A stretch of 32,000 nt of DNA from Candidatus Lokiarchaeum ossiferum (GCA_025839675.1 CP104013.1:270001-302000); one strand, 5' to 3'. Shown: positions 8,563-18,095, counted from the first letter of the stretch. Notes: generated by a model from the sequence alone, not told the origin. Made by a program: numbers and translations.

Positions 8563-9498
8563 ATGAATGATGATATCATTAAATATCAAGATACGGAACT
8601 ACATTACAAAGAAGTAAAATTTTTACAGGATTTGGAAGAGTTAACGCATAGAAAAATCCCTTGTCGTGAGAAATTTACCACAAAAAAATTTGGTTTCACT
8701 GCAGAGGGTTACCACATAATAGAATTACAATTAATTGATAGTGGGTTAACTCATCTTCCTTATTCGATTGGAAATTTAGAGAAACTTGAGACTATGTATC
8801 TCATTAAAAATAGATTAGAGGATTTACCTGACTCCTTTAGGCATCTGAAAAATCTGGAAGAATTACTCCTAAATTCAAATAAATTTACAGAAATCCCCAA
8901 ATATTTAGGAGAATTATCGAATCTTCGGATTTTAAATTTGGATGATAATTACATTACTCATATTCCAGAATCAATTTGTTCTTTACGAACGCTTAAAAGT
9001 CTGGACATCTTGAAAAATCAAGTCGAAACTCTCCCCGTTTGCATTGGAAATATGAAAAGTCTCAACCATCTGAATCTTCGTGATAACAGTCTTTCAGAAT
9101 TACCTGAATCCTTCGGCAATCTCTCTAATTTGTTCGAATTGAATCTAAGTTGTAATAAAATTACAAATTTACCAAATTCTATTGGTAGTTTACGTAATTT
9201 GAATTCGTTATTTTTAGGGGATAATTCTCTAAAAAAATTTCCCGATTCTTTTGCTAATTTAAAAAATCTGAAGGTTTTAAATGTTTCCGATAATCCACTC
9301 ACCGAAATCCCAAGTAAGTTTCATTCTCTTTCATCTCTTGAAGATTTGAATCTCAATAACACCAACGTGAAAAATTTACTTGAATATGTCAAAACTCTTC
9401 CCTCCTTGAAACGATTAGAAATAAAAAAAGTCAACCTTTCAGATGCCGATAAAAAACTAATTGTCACAACTTTAATGAATTGCAAAATCAGATATTAA
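8563..9498 (+). CDS. Leucine-rich repeat (LRR) protein, stand-alone
   Basis: 311 aa. About ten tandem 23-residue repeats of form LxxLxLxxNxLxxLPxSIGxLxN, for example LRNLNSLFLGDNSLKKFPDSFAN and LKNLKVLNVSDNPLTEIPSKFHS. Confidence 0.9.
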   Translation: MNDDIIKYQDTELHYKEVKFLQDLEELTHRKIPCREKFTTKKFGFTAEGYHIIELQLIDSGLTHLPYSIGNLEKLETMYLIKNRLEDLPDSFRHLKNLEELLLNSNKFTEIPKYLGELSNLRILNLDDNYITHIPESICSLRTLKSLDILKNQVETLPVCIGNMKSLNHLNLRDNSLSELPESFGNLSNLFELNLSCNKITNLPNSIGSLRNLNSLFLGDNSLKKFPDSFANLKNLKVLNVSDNPLTEIPSKFHSLSSLEDLNLNNTNVKNLLEYVKTLPSLKRLEIKKVNLSDADKKLIVTTLMNCKIRY

Positions 9499-10019
9499 CA
9501 GTTATATACGCAGCGCTAAAAGAAGAAAAGAACTATATATTATAAAGAAGGGAACAACAATAGCACTAATATAACTAATAATTAAAGATCTCTTAGTTTT
9601 TTTCAAAAAAAATCTCTATCTTTATATCTTAGTCTCTTTTAAAACTTCCTGAGTCATTTTTAAAATAGTGAATATTGATACGATCAAAAATGGAATCGCT
9701 GAGATTTTGATCTTTTTTGGGAATTCTCACATAAAAAACTAAAAACCGATTTTTTCAAAAATCTTTAGAATCCAATTGATGAAAGATCCAAAGTCGGATT
9801 TTTCCCATCATTGAAATAGTGAAATGGATCATTTTATCATTAATTTGAACCAAAAGTATAGAAAATGAGATCATATAACTAGATGTATGGATCGAAAGAA
9901 ATCGAAATTATATTTAGATATCAAGACTGCTTTATAAGAATTAATTCTCGCATTGAGAAAAAAGGAAGAAAATACGTAAGGTTTAATAGGTTGCTTGAAC
10001 TAATAAAGATAAGTAAATA

Positions 10020-10238
10020 TTACGAATTTTAAAGAAGCATCAAACAACCAATCGTGGGAGTTTGGCAATTTAATTTGTGAGTTGAATAAATATGGCACAA
10101 GAAAAATGGATTATAGAAGAAACTAAAAGATATGATCAAGAATTGCGTGATCAAAAAGAAGAAAATAGAACTATGCGAAAAATTGTTAATCGATCTTTAT
10201 TAAAATCAAAAAAAAACTCTAAAGCTTATAGAGGTTAA
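10020..10238 (+). repeat. Direct repeat unit A (~220 bp): small ORF plus ~70-nt conserved upstream region
   Basis: Aligns with 11711-11930. Shared blocks are TTAC(C)GAATTTTAA, CATCAAAC, TGGGAGTTTGGCA and GAGTTGAAT, followed by the ORF. Confidence 0.7.
10092..10238 (+). CDS. Small protein, 48 aa (paralog A), not in ORF track
   Basis: ATG 10092 to TAA 10236-10238: MAQEKWIIEETKRYDQELRDQKEENRTMRKIVNRSLLKSKKNSKAYRG. It has the same length as the ORF at 11784-11930 and is 24/48 identical to it, with many conservative changes. A conserved box TGGGAGTTTGGCA ends 25 nt upstream of the ATG in both copies. Confidence 0.55.
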   Translation: MAQEKWIIEETKRYDQELRDQKEENRTMRKIVNRSLLKSKKNSKAYRG

Positions 10239-10451
10239 TTTTTTCATTCATTATTGATATTGCTCTATTTACCGTCAAAACGTAAATACACGAGCAATAT
10301 CTCCCAATTTTAAATCTCTATCTATTCAATATTCTATTATATTCTTACCCCGCATATTTGGAAAATATTTAGGACTATTTGATATTAGAATCTTATTTTA
10401 AAAAACCACATTTCCTATTAATTGTAAAGATATTTGGATTGAAAAAATACT

Positions 10452-11003
10452 TCAATCTTTGGTGATCCATTGTTCTCTGGTTAGTTCATAGAGATTATAC
10501 AAAAATTCTATCGGAAGACCATTAATATTTTCCCGAAAATGCGTCATTTTTTCCCCTATTTTTTTAAAGCCTAATTTTTTCAAGAGCTTTTGGGATGAAG
10601 CATTAACTGCGGCAGTACCTGCGGTGCATTTATCCACTTTTAACTCTCCTAATACATATTTGAGGATTTCTTTCCCTGCCTCAGTAGCATAGCCTTGTCC
10701 ATGATAGTTTGAATTAAAATTGTACCCAAACCCACGTACTACTTCTCCAACGAAATCTTTTTTCAATTGAATTTGCATAAGTCCAATTACTTTTCCTTGA
10801 GTTTTCAATTCAACCGCTGCAAATTCATCTCCCATGCTCAGATAATCTAAGAGTGGTTGGAGCTCTTTAGCAGTTTGGGGATAGGGTTGATCATATTTGC
10901 CCATCTCTGAAGCTTCATATTGTTGAGTTATCTCTAGAAGATCCTTTAAATCATTAGAAGTAAAATTTCTTAAGAGTAATCGTTCAGTCTGTAGACGGAT
11001 CAT
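10452..11003 (-). CDS. GNAT N-acetyltransferase (RimJ/RimL, Acetyltransf_3-like)
   Basis: 183 aa. N-terminal TERLLLRNFTSNDLKDL, motif-A region YHGQGYATEAGKEILKYV, and C-terminal NASSQKLLKKLGFKKIGE. Confidence 0.85.
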   Translation of the reverse strand: MIRLQTERLLLRNFTSNDLKDLLEITQQYEASEMGKYDQPYPQTAKELQPLLDYLSMGDEFAAVELKTQGKVIGLMQIQLKKDFVGEVVRGFGYNFNSNYHGQGYATEAGKEILKYVLGELKVDKCTAGTAAVNASSQKLLKKLGFKKIGEKMTHFRENINGLPIEFLYNLYELTREQWITKD

Positions 11004-11710
11004 TAATTATTACATACTTTCAAAAGATTTAAAACATATGAAAGTCCTTTTTTTGCCATTTATCGTATGTATAAGCTATTGAAGGAGTGAATTTTATTTA
11101 TCGACCTGATTACTACGGCTAAATAGTGTTTTGAGATTCATTCTTGAAAATGGTTGATAATTCGAACTTTTTTAACATTCTTTTTAAAAAATTTTATCCT
11201 ATTTTTTTAACTTATTTTTTATTACTAACGTATTTATAATAAGATGTGTTTAATGTGTTGAAATTTGTGATACTATTAAAATCACAAGTATTTTTATTTT
11301 AATTACAATGAGTTAGATAAATTAAAGTAGAATCTGTTGATCAATTTTTCAATTATGTGAATATTAAACATGTTAAATAGTATTTGGATGTTCATTCAAT
11401 AGTAGAGCATCAAAAATTTAATGTTTATATTTTATCAATTTAAAAATATAGGAATACTAATATTTCTGGGAATCAATGAATATTATCGCCAAAAAGATGG
11501 TAATATTAGATATTGTGGGATTTTTAAGATTTTAACTTATGATTCTCTTTTTAAATATTTTACTTTGGGCATAGCGTAGTATAAAACATATTACGTCATT
11601 TTAGTACCTTTATGAGTTTAAAACGAATATAAATTTGTATTTAAAGTTGGTATATCGAAATATTTAAAAGACCATTCTTCCTATAAATTATTAGGTAACT
11701 TTCGAATACG

Positions 11711-11930
11711 TTACCGAATTTTAACTATTCATCAAACTACCCAAATTGGGAGTTTGGCATATTATACTATAGAGTTGAATTATATGACACAAGAAAACTG
11801 GATTTTAGAAGAATTAGAAAGATACGAACAACGTATCCATGACCAACAAACTGAAAATGCAATTAGACGAGAAGTACTTAAATTATCTTTATTAAAGTCA
11901 AAAATAAACGCTGGAGTGTATAATGGCTAA
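11711..11930 (+). repeat. Direct repeat unit B (~220 bp), paralogous to 10020-10238
   Basis: Same blocks and same spacing. The box ends 25 nt before the ATG in both copies. Confidence 0.7.
11784..11930 (+). CDS. Small protein, 48 aa (paralog B), not in ORF track
   Basis: ATG 11784 to TAA 11928-11930: MTQENWILEELERYEQRIHDQQTENAIRREVLKLSLLKSKINAGVYNG. Paralog of 10092-10238, with the same upstream box at 11747-11759. Confidence 0.55.
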   Translation: MTQENWILEELERYEQRIHDQQTENAIRREVLKLSLLKSKINAGVYNG

Positions 11931-12191
11931 ACACATTTTCTTTTTTTATAGCGTACTTGATTCTTTTGAATGAAAGAATTCATTTTTTTTAACTTGAAGA
12001 GGAAAATGAATATTTCAGGGGATTTTTATCCCCATATCCTCATTTTATTCCAACCTATCAAAAATATTATGACTTAAATCGAAATTTACTGAAGAAAAAT
12101 CAACATAATTTTTAAGGTGTAATTTTTTTTAGAACATTGATTTCATAACAAATTGCCACAGCTTTTTAAACAAAAAACCCCTTTTTCTTAA

Positions 12192-13613
12192 GTGGTGAAA
12201 AGAATCAAATCTAAATTAACGGTATTTCTCTTTCACAGATCTTTGAGGATTATTGACAATATTGGATTATATCATGCATTAAATACTTCAAATTTAGTAA
12301 TTCCGATATTCATTTTTGATCCTAGACAAATAACGATGAATGAATATTTTAATTCAAATGCGTTTCAATTTTTACTCGATTCTTTAAATGATTTGCAGGA
12401 GCAATTTCAATTACTTCGTAAAAAAATCTATTTCTTCCATAATAATCCGATTTCAGTCCTGAATTCAATTTTTAAAGAATTAAAATATGATTCGATCGTT
12501 CTAAATAAAGATTACACTCCATTTTCCTTGGAAAGAGAGCAAAAAATAAGGGAATTCTGCAATAAACACAAAATTCACTTGACTGCAGTTCATGATTGTG
12601 TAATTAACAATCCTGACGTAATTAAATCTCAAAAACACACCCCCTATACGATCTTCACCCCGTATTTTAAATTTAGCAGAAAAATTCCTGTTATCGAACC
12701 ACAGGAATTTAATGAAGAAAAAAGCGATCAATTCGTTGAAATTGAATTGGGAAACGCGTTTCTCCTAAAGGAAGCAAGACAAAAATTTTTAAAATCCAAT
12801 AAGATTCCAACTCAAAAAGGAGGGAGAGAAGAAGGGATCAAGATCCTAAAATCCTTGCAAAAATATATTGATTATGACAAAAACCGCAATTTTCCAGGAT
12901 TAAATGGAACCACGGGATTATCACCTCATCTAAAATTCGGATCCATTTCTATACGGGAAGCCTATTCCCATATTAGCAAAATCCTTGGGAAAGAACATCC
13001 CTTACTCCGTCAACTTTATTGGCATGATTTTTTCACATATATTGGCTTTCATTTTCCCCATGTTTTTATCAAATCATTCAAGGAAAAATACAATCAAATT
13101 AAATGGAATAATGACGATTTGAAATTTGCTTTATGGAAACAAGGAATTACCGGATTTCCGATTGTTGATGCAGGTATGCGGGAATTAAATTCTACGGGTA
13201 TCATGCATAATAGAGTACGCATGATTGTTGCTTCATTTTTGACTAAAGACCTCCATATTAATTGGCAATGGGGAGAAAGATATTTTGCTCAAATGTTGAC
13301 AGATTATGATCCTGCATTAAATAATGGGAACTGGCAATGGGCTGCGAGCACCGGATGTGATTCTCAACCATATTTCCGGATTTTTAATCCTTGGAGCCAG
13401 CAGAAGACTTATGATCCAGATGCAATTTATATCAAGAAATGGATTCCCGAACTTGCTGACTATTCGGCAAAAATAATCCATAACCTTGAAAAAAAACGCC
13501 CAAAAGAATTACTTGAAGATGTATATCCTAAACCTATCGTTAATCATAAGAAAGAAAGAGAACTTACACTGTTCATGTTTAAAACGTTATCGGGCAAAGA
13601 AGTATCATTTTAG
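12192..13613 (+). CDS. phr: Deoxyribodipyrimidine (CPD) photolyase / cryptochrome-family flavoprotein
   Basis: 473 aa. FAD-binding-domain signatures TGFPIVDAGMRELNSTGIMHNRVRMIVASFLTKDL and DYDPALNNGNWQWAASTGCDSQPYFRIFNPWSQQKTYDPDAIYIKKWIPEL. GTG start. Confidence 0.92.
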   Translation: MVKRIKSKLTVFLFHRSLRIIDNIGLYHALNTSNLVIPIFIFDPRQITMNEYFNSNAFQFLLDSLNDLQEQFQLLRKKIYFFHNNPISVLNSIFKELKYDSIVLNKDYTPFSLEREQKIREFCNKHKIHLTAVHDCVINNPDVIKSQKHTPYTIFTPYFKFSRKIPVIEPQEFNEEKSDQFVEIELGNAFLLKEARQKFLKSNKIPTQKGGREEGIKILKSLQKYIDYDKNRNFPGLNGTTGLSPHLKFGSISIREAYSHISKILGKEHPLLRQLYWHDFFTYIGFHFPHVFIKSFKEKYNQIKWNNDDLKFALWKQGITGFPIVDAGMRELNSTGIMHNRVRMIVASFLTKDLHINWQWGERYFAQMLTDYDPALNNGNWQWAASTGCDSQPYFRIFNPWSQQKTYDPDAIYIKKWIPELADYSAKIIHNLEKKRPKELLEDVYPKPIVNHKKERELTLFMFKTLSGKEVSF

Positions 13614-13631
13614 TATTATTACCTCGGGGGG

Positions 13632-13638
13632 TTTTTTT
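13632..13638 (+). terminator. Oligo-T tract (T7) preceded by CCTCGGGGGG, ~19 nt after the photolyase stop
   Basis: Sequence tag tattattacctcggggggTTTTTTTat. Fits an archaeal-type oligo-T termination signal. Confidence 0.4.
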
Positions 13639-13719
13639 ATTAATTTCTATAAATCTAAGCCTTTGTTTATTTATCTTATTAAATCAGAGCATATTAAAGA
13701 GTGAAGGGGTAAAATTACA

Positions 13720-14517
13720 TTGATTGTTATGCAAAATAAATCTAAAATTATTTTACAAATTGGAATATTATTATCGTTCATCGGAACGGTTGTAACGAAT
13801 GCACTCGCGAACATTTTACCAATAAATGGATACAATACTGGAGAATTGTCTGATAATATCCCCAATTTATTTGTTCCATCTGGTTTGACATTTAGCATTT
13901 GGGGTGTAATTTATGTACTTTTAGCCGTATTTACAGGATATTTCATTCGTGATTGGTTTAAAAAGCCAAAGGAGGATGAAGAATTTGAAACAAAACTTGC
14001 TCTTGCGTTTATCATCAGCAATATCGCTAATCTTCTTTGGATATTAACTTGGCATTATCTTTATGTGGGTTTATCTTTGATTCTCATGTTAATCATTTTA
14101 GGCTCCTTAATCTATGCCCATGAATATTTATATAAAAAGAAAGATCAGAATAATAAAATCAGAAATTTTAGCTTATTTCTACCTATCTCAATTTATTTAG
14201 GTTGGATTACCGTAGCGACTGTGGCCAATGTTACGGCTCTAGCAGTGGTAAATAATTGGAATGGTTGGGGCATTTCCGAATCAATGTGGACTATAATTGT
14301 TCTGATTGTTGCCACACTAATTACTTTTGGCATGATTTGGTTCCGAAAGAATTATGCTCATGCGATGGTTGTTGTATGGGCATTTGTTGGGATTCTTATC
14401 AAGCGGTTAGATCCAGTGAATTCCCCGGAAACAGGTATTGTTGTAGTAACAATAATTTCCATGATTTTGATCGTTAGTTTGATTGTTGTTCGGATTTTAA
14501 TAAAAGAGAAGAAATAA
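13720..14517 (+). CDS. TspO/MBR-like tryptophan-rich membrane protein (long form)
   Basis: 265 aa with multiple TM segments and Trp-rich motifs: LFVPSGLTFSIWGVIYVLL, LLWILTWHY, YLGWITVATVANV. TTG start at 13720 or ATG at 13729. Confidence 0.6.
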   Translation: MIVMQNKSKIILQIGILLSFIGTVVTNALANILPINGYNTGELSDNIPNLFVPSGLTFSIWGVIYVLLAVFTGYFIRDWFKKPKEDEEFETKLALAFIISNIANLLWILTWHYLYVGLSLILMLIILGSLIYAHEYLYKKKDQNNKIRNFSLFLPISIYLGWITVATVANVTALAVVNNWNGWGISESMWTIIVLIVATLITFGMIWFRKNYAHAMVVVWAFVGILIKRLDPVNSPETGIVVVTIISMILIVSLIVVRILIKEKK

Positions 14518-14836
14518 TTTATTTTCTTTATCTCTTGATAATTTATTTGCTTTTTTTTCATTAATGAATTTGGTTCAAGTTTTTGATTTTTTCTTTCCCT
14601 AAATTCATACTTTTAATAAATCTTGAGAAAATATTAAGAAGGAGGGCAATGGCATACTATTTCTATAACGATATATGAATTTGAACTTTTGAGAGATGAT
14701 CATGCTTGTTTAAGAATTGAAGCGATGGAATAATCGAAAAACAAAAGGATTAAATCTCGATTTCAAGAAAAAAACTAATTTTACAAACTGTAAACTGATT
14801 TTTTCTCAGAGCTACCATTTTTTTTGTACTTGCAAT

Positions 14837-15274
14837 TTATTTCAAACGTTTCTCAATTGCTTTTCTATCCGCTTTTCGATTCGGATATTTTTTTAAAAAG
14901 GCTTGTTCGTCTTGTTTAAGCATAATAAGACATTCCTTCAGAATTTTTTGTGATTTTATTTTGTCGGTTGATTCTAATGTATTCGCTTTCATTAAAAGTG
15001 AAAAATACTTACTCCAATTTGTTTTTATCCTTTCTTCGCTTTTTTCAGGTATATCCTTATCTTTAGGTGATATTGACTCTTTTAAACTTAATTTTCTCTT
15101 CAAATTTAGTATCAATGATGCTTTTTCCTCTTTCCAACTCGAAATATCTCTTTTAATTTCATTATTGGAAATTAGAGCTATAATGGCATCACAAATATCA
15201 ATTGCATATTCAAATTGTTCGCTTTCTTTAAAGATACGTAATTTTTCCAACAATTCGGAATAGGTTTCCATCAA
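14837..15274 (-). CDS. Hypothetical helical protein (about 144 aa)
   Basis: ORF-track ORF. The likely real start is ATG at 15271 (METYSELLEKL...). No motif recognised. Confidence 0.5.
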   Translation of the reverse strand: MMETYSELLEKLRIFKESEQFEYAIDICDAIIALISNNEIKRDISSWKEEKASLILNLKRKLSLKESISPKDKDIPEKSEERIKTNWSKYFSLLMKANTLESTDKIKSQKILKECLIMLKQDEQAFLKKYPNRKADRKAIEKRLK

Positions 15275-15578
15275 ATGTGACAGTTTTTAATTCTCCTCGT
15301 TAATTGATATTTTTTAAATGAATAGTATTAGATTTTTCTTTTAATTAAGATTTGATAAAATCTGAATTTATCTAATTTAAAGATAATGATAAAGATTACA
15401 TTTAGTTATTGTTAAAAATAATCCTCAGAATTCAAATTCCTTAATACTATTAGCATTTTAGATTCAGGAAATCTTCTATGAAGTAGAAATATTGTGGAAA
15501 ATTAATTTCAATAGTACAATTCTAGATTGAGCAGTTCCAAAAAAGGAAAAAATTAATATTTTTGAGGATAAACTGGTT

Positions 15579-16394
15579 TTACACAAAATAAACCATTATT
15601 GCCATCGCAACAGCCCCCATACAATTCAATATTATGTGAGTTAAAATACTTAACCGCATATTTTTTTTTATCCACACAAAGTATACCAATGGAATCAAAA
15701 TAACGATGCGAATCAAGTTTTCCCATGGAGAAAAGAAATGATAAATTGAAAAGAGAATTGCGTTGATATAAGGTGCTCCTTTTCCCATTTTTTCTTCCAT
15801 TCTTGGAAGAAGATAGCCTCGAAAATATAGTTCTTCAACAAATGGAGCGGCAATACATGATAATAAGATGTAGAGAATAAAAATAAGTTGAAAACCTTTA
15901 AAATTTTGCATTGAAGCAGGATCTTGCATTTGATTTTGAAAATTATACTCTTGCGGATACCATGAAAATATTTTTTCGATGAAAAAATTATTTACCGGTG
16001 GGGCGAGTAGAAACATAAAAACGAATGCAAATATGATATATATTGGAATAAAGATTAAATATATCTTAGTTGGACTAGTTTTTTTATTTCCTATAACTTC
16101 TTTTATGTTAAACGAGTTATTTTGCTTTTTTCCAACATATAACAGCATTCCCAATTGAACTGGAATTAAACAAAAGGTAATTGACATCAACCATCCTAGT
16201 AAGGGACCGAATCGTGCATCAAGTCCCAAAATTTCACAAAACAATGGTTGCGAGAACAAAAAAATTCCACCTAACACTAAAAGCCCTGGAAACAAGTGTA
16301 GTATTACAGATTTTAGAACATTATGTTGGTCTTGAAATAATAAATCATCCGTTTTTTCCATTTTAAAACATTCCCTTGAACAAAATATATACAA
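15579..16394 (-). CDS. CPBP-family intramembrane glutamic endopeptidase (CAAX protease-like)
   Basis: Three signature motifs: EELYFRGYL (EExxxR), FSIYHF (FxxxH) and HIILN (HxxxN/D). Multi-pass membrane protein. Track start is TTG; ATG at 16361 (MEKTDD...) is an alternative. Confidence 0.85.
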   Translation of the reverse strand: MYIFCSRECFKMEKTDDLLFQDQHNVLKSVILHLFPGLLVLGGIFLFSQPLFCEILGLDARFGPLLGWLMSITFCLIPVQLGMLLYVGKKQNNSFNIKEVIGNKKTSPTKIYLIFIPIYIIFAFVFMFLLAPPVNNFFIEKIFSWYPQEYNFQNQMQDPASMQNFKGFQLIFILYILLSCIAAPFVEELYFRGYLLPRMEEKMGKGAPYINAILFSIYHFFSPWENLIRIVILIPLVYFVWIKKNMRLSILTHIILNCMGAVAMAIMVYFV

Positions 16395-16615
16395 CTTCCG
16401 TTATGTTAACAATCATAGTTAATTTTGTGGAAGCAGATACTCAAAGGATTCAGAGGCCAGAATTAAGCAAAACAAAACTTTGAAAATTTACATTTTTGGT
16501 GTGGAATATAACTCCAATAATTCTATTCCAAAATTGAAGCATAAATTTTATTCCATCAATCCGATTAAGGTTAAATTTAAAAAATCTATGAGTTTCAAAA
16601 CTTTTTATGGATAAT

Positions 16616-16624
16616 AAAAAAAAA
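16616..16624 (-). terminator. Oligo-T tract (T9 on minus strand) ~10 nt after the C45 peptidase stop
   Basis: A9 on the plus strand at 16616-16624, directly downstream of TAA (16635-16637). Confidence 0.4.
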
Positions 16625-16634
16625 TATGGAGGCA

Positions 16635-18095
16635 TTATAATGCCGCATATATTGCAGTATCGTCATAATCACCAAAAAGAGCTTTCGCTTCTAGTGATGT
16701 AAGATCCCAACAAGTTACGGCGGCTCCTACGGGTTGAGTCAAGTCATCCCCATAATAATCATAGCTTGGGGGATGCAGATAATCAATCAATTCAAATCCC
16801 TGCTCTAAATCAATGTTTCCATACATTGTGAGAGCTTCATTGGTAAGCCATTCATACCTGCTCTTCGAATCCTTAATTGCCGTGGAATCGGCATCATTGG
16901 CCATTCCATAATAAATATAGTGATTTGTGTAGGTTACCAAATCATCTTTCTTCTCAATAGGATTTGGAGAGAAAATTGCCCACCATGGTCGTGTGTAACC
17001 CATATTCCTTACCCTATAATTATGAGCAGATGTTTCTAAGGCAACCCCTCCCGTTTCTCCATTACGTCCATCCCCTATGCCATAAATCCAAGAGCAACCG
17101 CGTACATTATTAATAATGAAATTAGTTGCTTCACTTAGTTGGTTGGTATATTGCATTACATATCTGGCGGTGAGCAAAGTACCCATCCCGAAATTTGCAG
17201 GATCACAATCTTGAGCTGGAACCATATCATTTCCAATACCCAAACCTTGATCATTCATGGCTGAAGTGACTCCGACAAATCCAGCACAGGAAGTGCTTAG
17301 GAAAGCATTTCCATTGTCAGGGTAGAACTCCATCATAATCATTTCCTCATGAGTAACATAGCTGGTAAATTGCCAATGACGACCCATGATGGTATGACCA
17401 TCGGTGGTAGCATCTTCTTGAGCAACAAATCCGCTACAAGAAAGAAAAGCGAACAAATCAATTAACCACAATAAAGGTTCCACAACAGGATACGCTAGTG
17501 CAAGAAGGGCATCCATCCCCATGTTTAATAATAATACTTGTTCGTAAGTAACTGGAACTCCCGCTGCTGTTGCTCCATCAGCAACTCCTTGTATCTCATC
17601 TAAAAATGCTTGGGGGACATAACGCGTATTATATTCAACTAACACATGGCAGAGATCTAACAATTTATACAATTTGTCATCAATACTATCTCCGCTTGCA
17701 GCTGCGACTTGATCAAGAATTTCATCGGAAACCACATTTCCGACAACGTTCTCTAAGCGACTTCGGCTGAGCACTTCATTGAATACTAAATTCAAAATCC
17801 AATCATCGGCTTCTAACATATTGAGAACGACTTCCCGCATCCAATCGTCCGAAGCTAAACGCGAAACACTGATCGGATCAAGATACCCTTGCTGGAATCC
17901 CATCTCATAAGGAGAACCTTCTAAGTGCATTAGATATTTACCAGAAATCAATTCTTCCAAATATCCTTTTCCATCTGGCGAATAAGAAATAATACTTGTT
18001 GCACTCGCTGATTGAACAAAATTTGCTAGGGAAGTCACCATCAAAAGTCCAATAAGACTAAGTGACAATACTTTTTTTCTTTGATTTTTCATCAT
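16635..18095 (-). CDS. Secreted C45-family / Ntn-hydrolase peptidase (acyl-CoA:6-APA acyltransferase-like)
   Basis: 486 aa. N-terminal signal peptide MMKNQRKKVLSLSLIGLLMVTSLANFVQSASA. G-PYE-G box (LEGSPYEMGFQQG). Candidate nucleophile region FLSCSGFVAQEDATTDGHTIMGRHWQF. G+C is markedly higher than in neighbouring genes. Confidence 0.7.
   Translation of the reverse strand: MMKNQRKKVLSLSLIGLLMVTSLANFVQSASATSIISYSPDGKGYLEELISGKYLMHLEGSPYEMGFQQGYLDPISVSRLASDDWMREVVLNMLEADDWILNLVFNEVLSRSRLENVVGNVVSDEILDQVAAASGDSIDDKLYKLLDLCHVLVEYNTRYVPQAFLDEIQGVADGATAAGVPVTYEQVLLLNMGMDALLALAYPVVEPLLWLIDLFAFLSCSGFVAQEDATTDGHTIMGRHWQFTSYVTHEEMIMMEFYPDNGNAFLSTSCAGFVGVTSAMNDQGLGIGNDMVPAQDCDPANFGMGTLLTARYVMQYTNQLSEATNFIINNVRGCSWIYGIGDGRNGETGGVALETSAHNYRVRNMGYTRPWWAIFSPNPIEKKDDLVTYTNHYIYYGMANDADSTAIKDSKSRYEWLTNEALTMYGNIDLEQGFELIDYLHPPSYDYYGDDLTQPVGAAVTCWDLTSLEAKALFGDYDDTAIYAAL

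Noticed and set aside
9018-9302. Track ORF 9018..9302(-)
   Set aside because: Antisense shadow of the LRR gene; the periodic repeat structure keeps the opposite strand open.
11016-11054. Hairpin ACTTTCA-N16-TGAAAGT followed by T7 on the plus strand, resembling an intrinsic terminator just beyond the GNAT 5' end
   Set aside because: The stem is short and AT-rich with a large loop, and no plus-strand gene ends nearby. It could terminate an antisense read-through from the small ORF at 10092, but that is speculation.
12501-15263. Track ORFs 12501..12731(-), 13486..13704(+), 13671..13898(-), 14256..14477(+), 14358..14561(-) and 14961..15263(+)
   Set aside because: They overlap the photolyase, TspO-like or 145-aa genes in antisense or alternative frames and have no start context or motif support.
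16450-16635. 61-aa ORF whose ATG overlaps the C45 stop (TAATG), suggestive of translational coupling
   Set aside because: Its first codons are the translation of the oligo-T terminator tract (MPPYFFLL...). The rest is low-complexity with no supporting features, so the overlap is most likely coincidental.
16181-17770. Track ORFs 16181..16366(+) and 17570..17770(+)
   Set aside because: Antisense within the CPBP and C45 genes.
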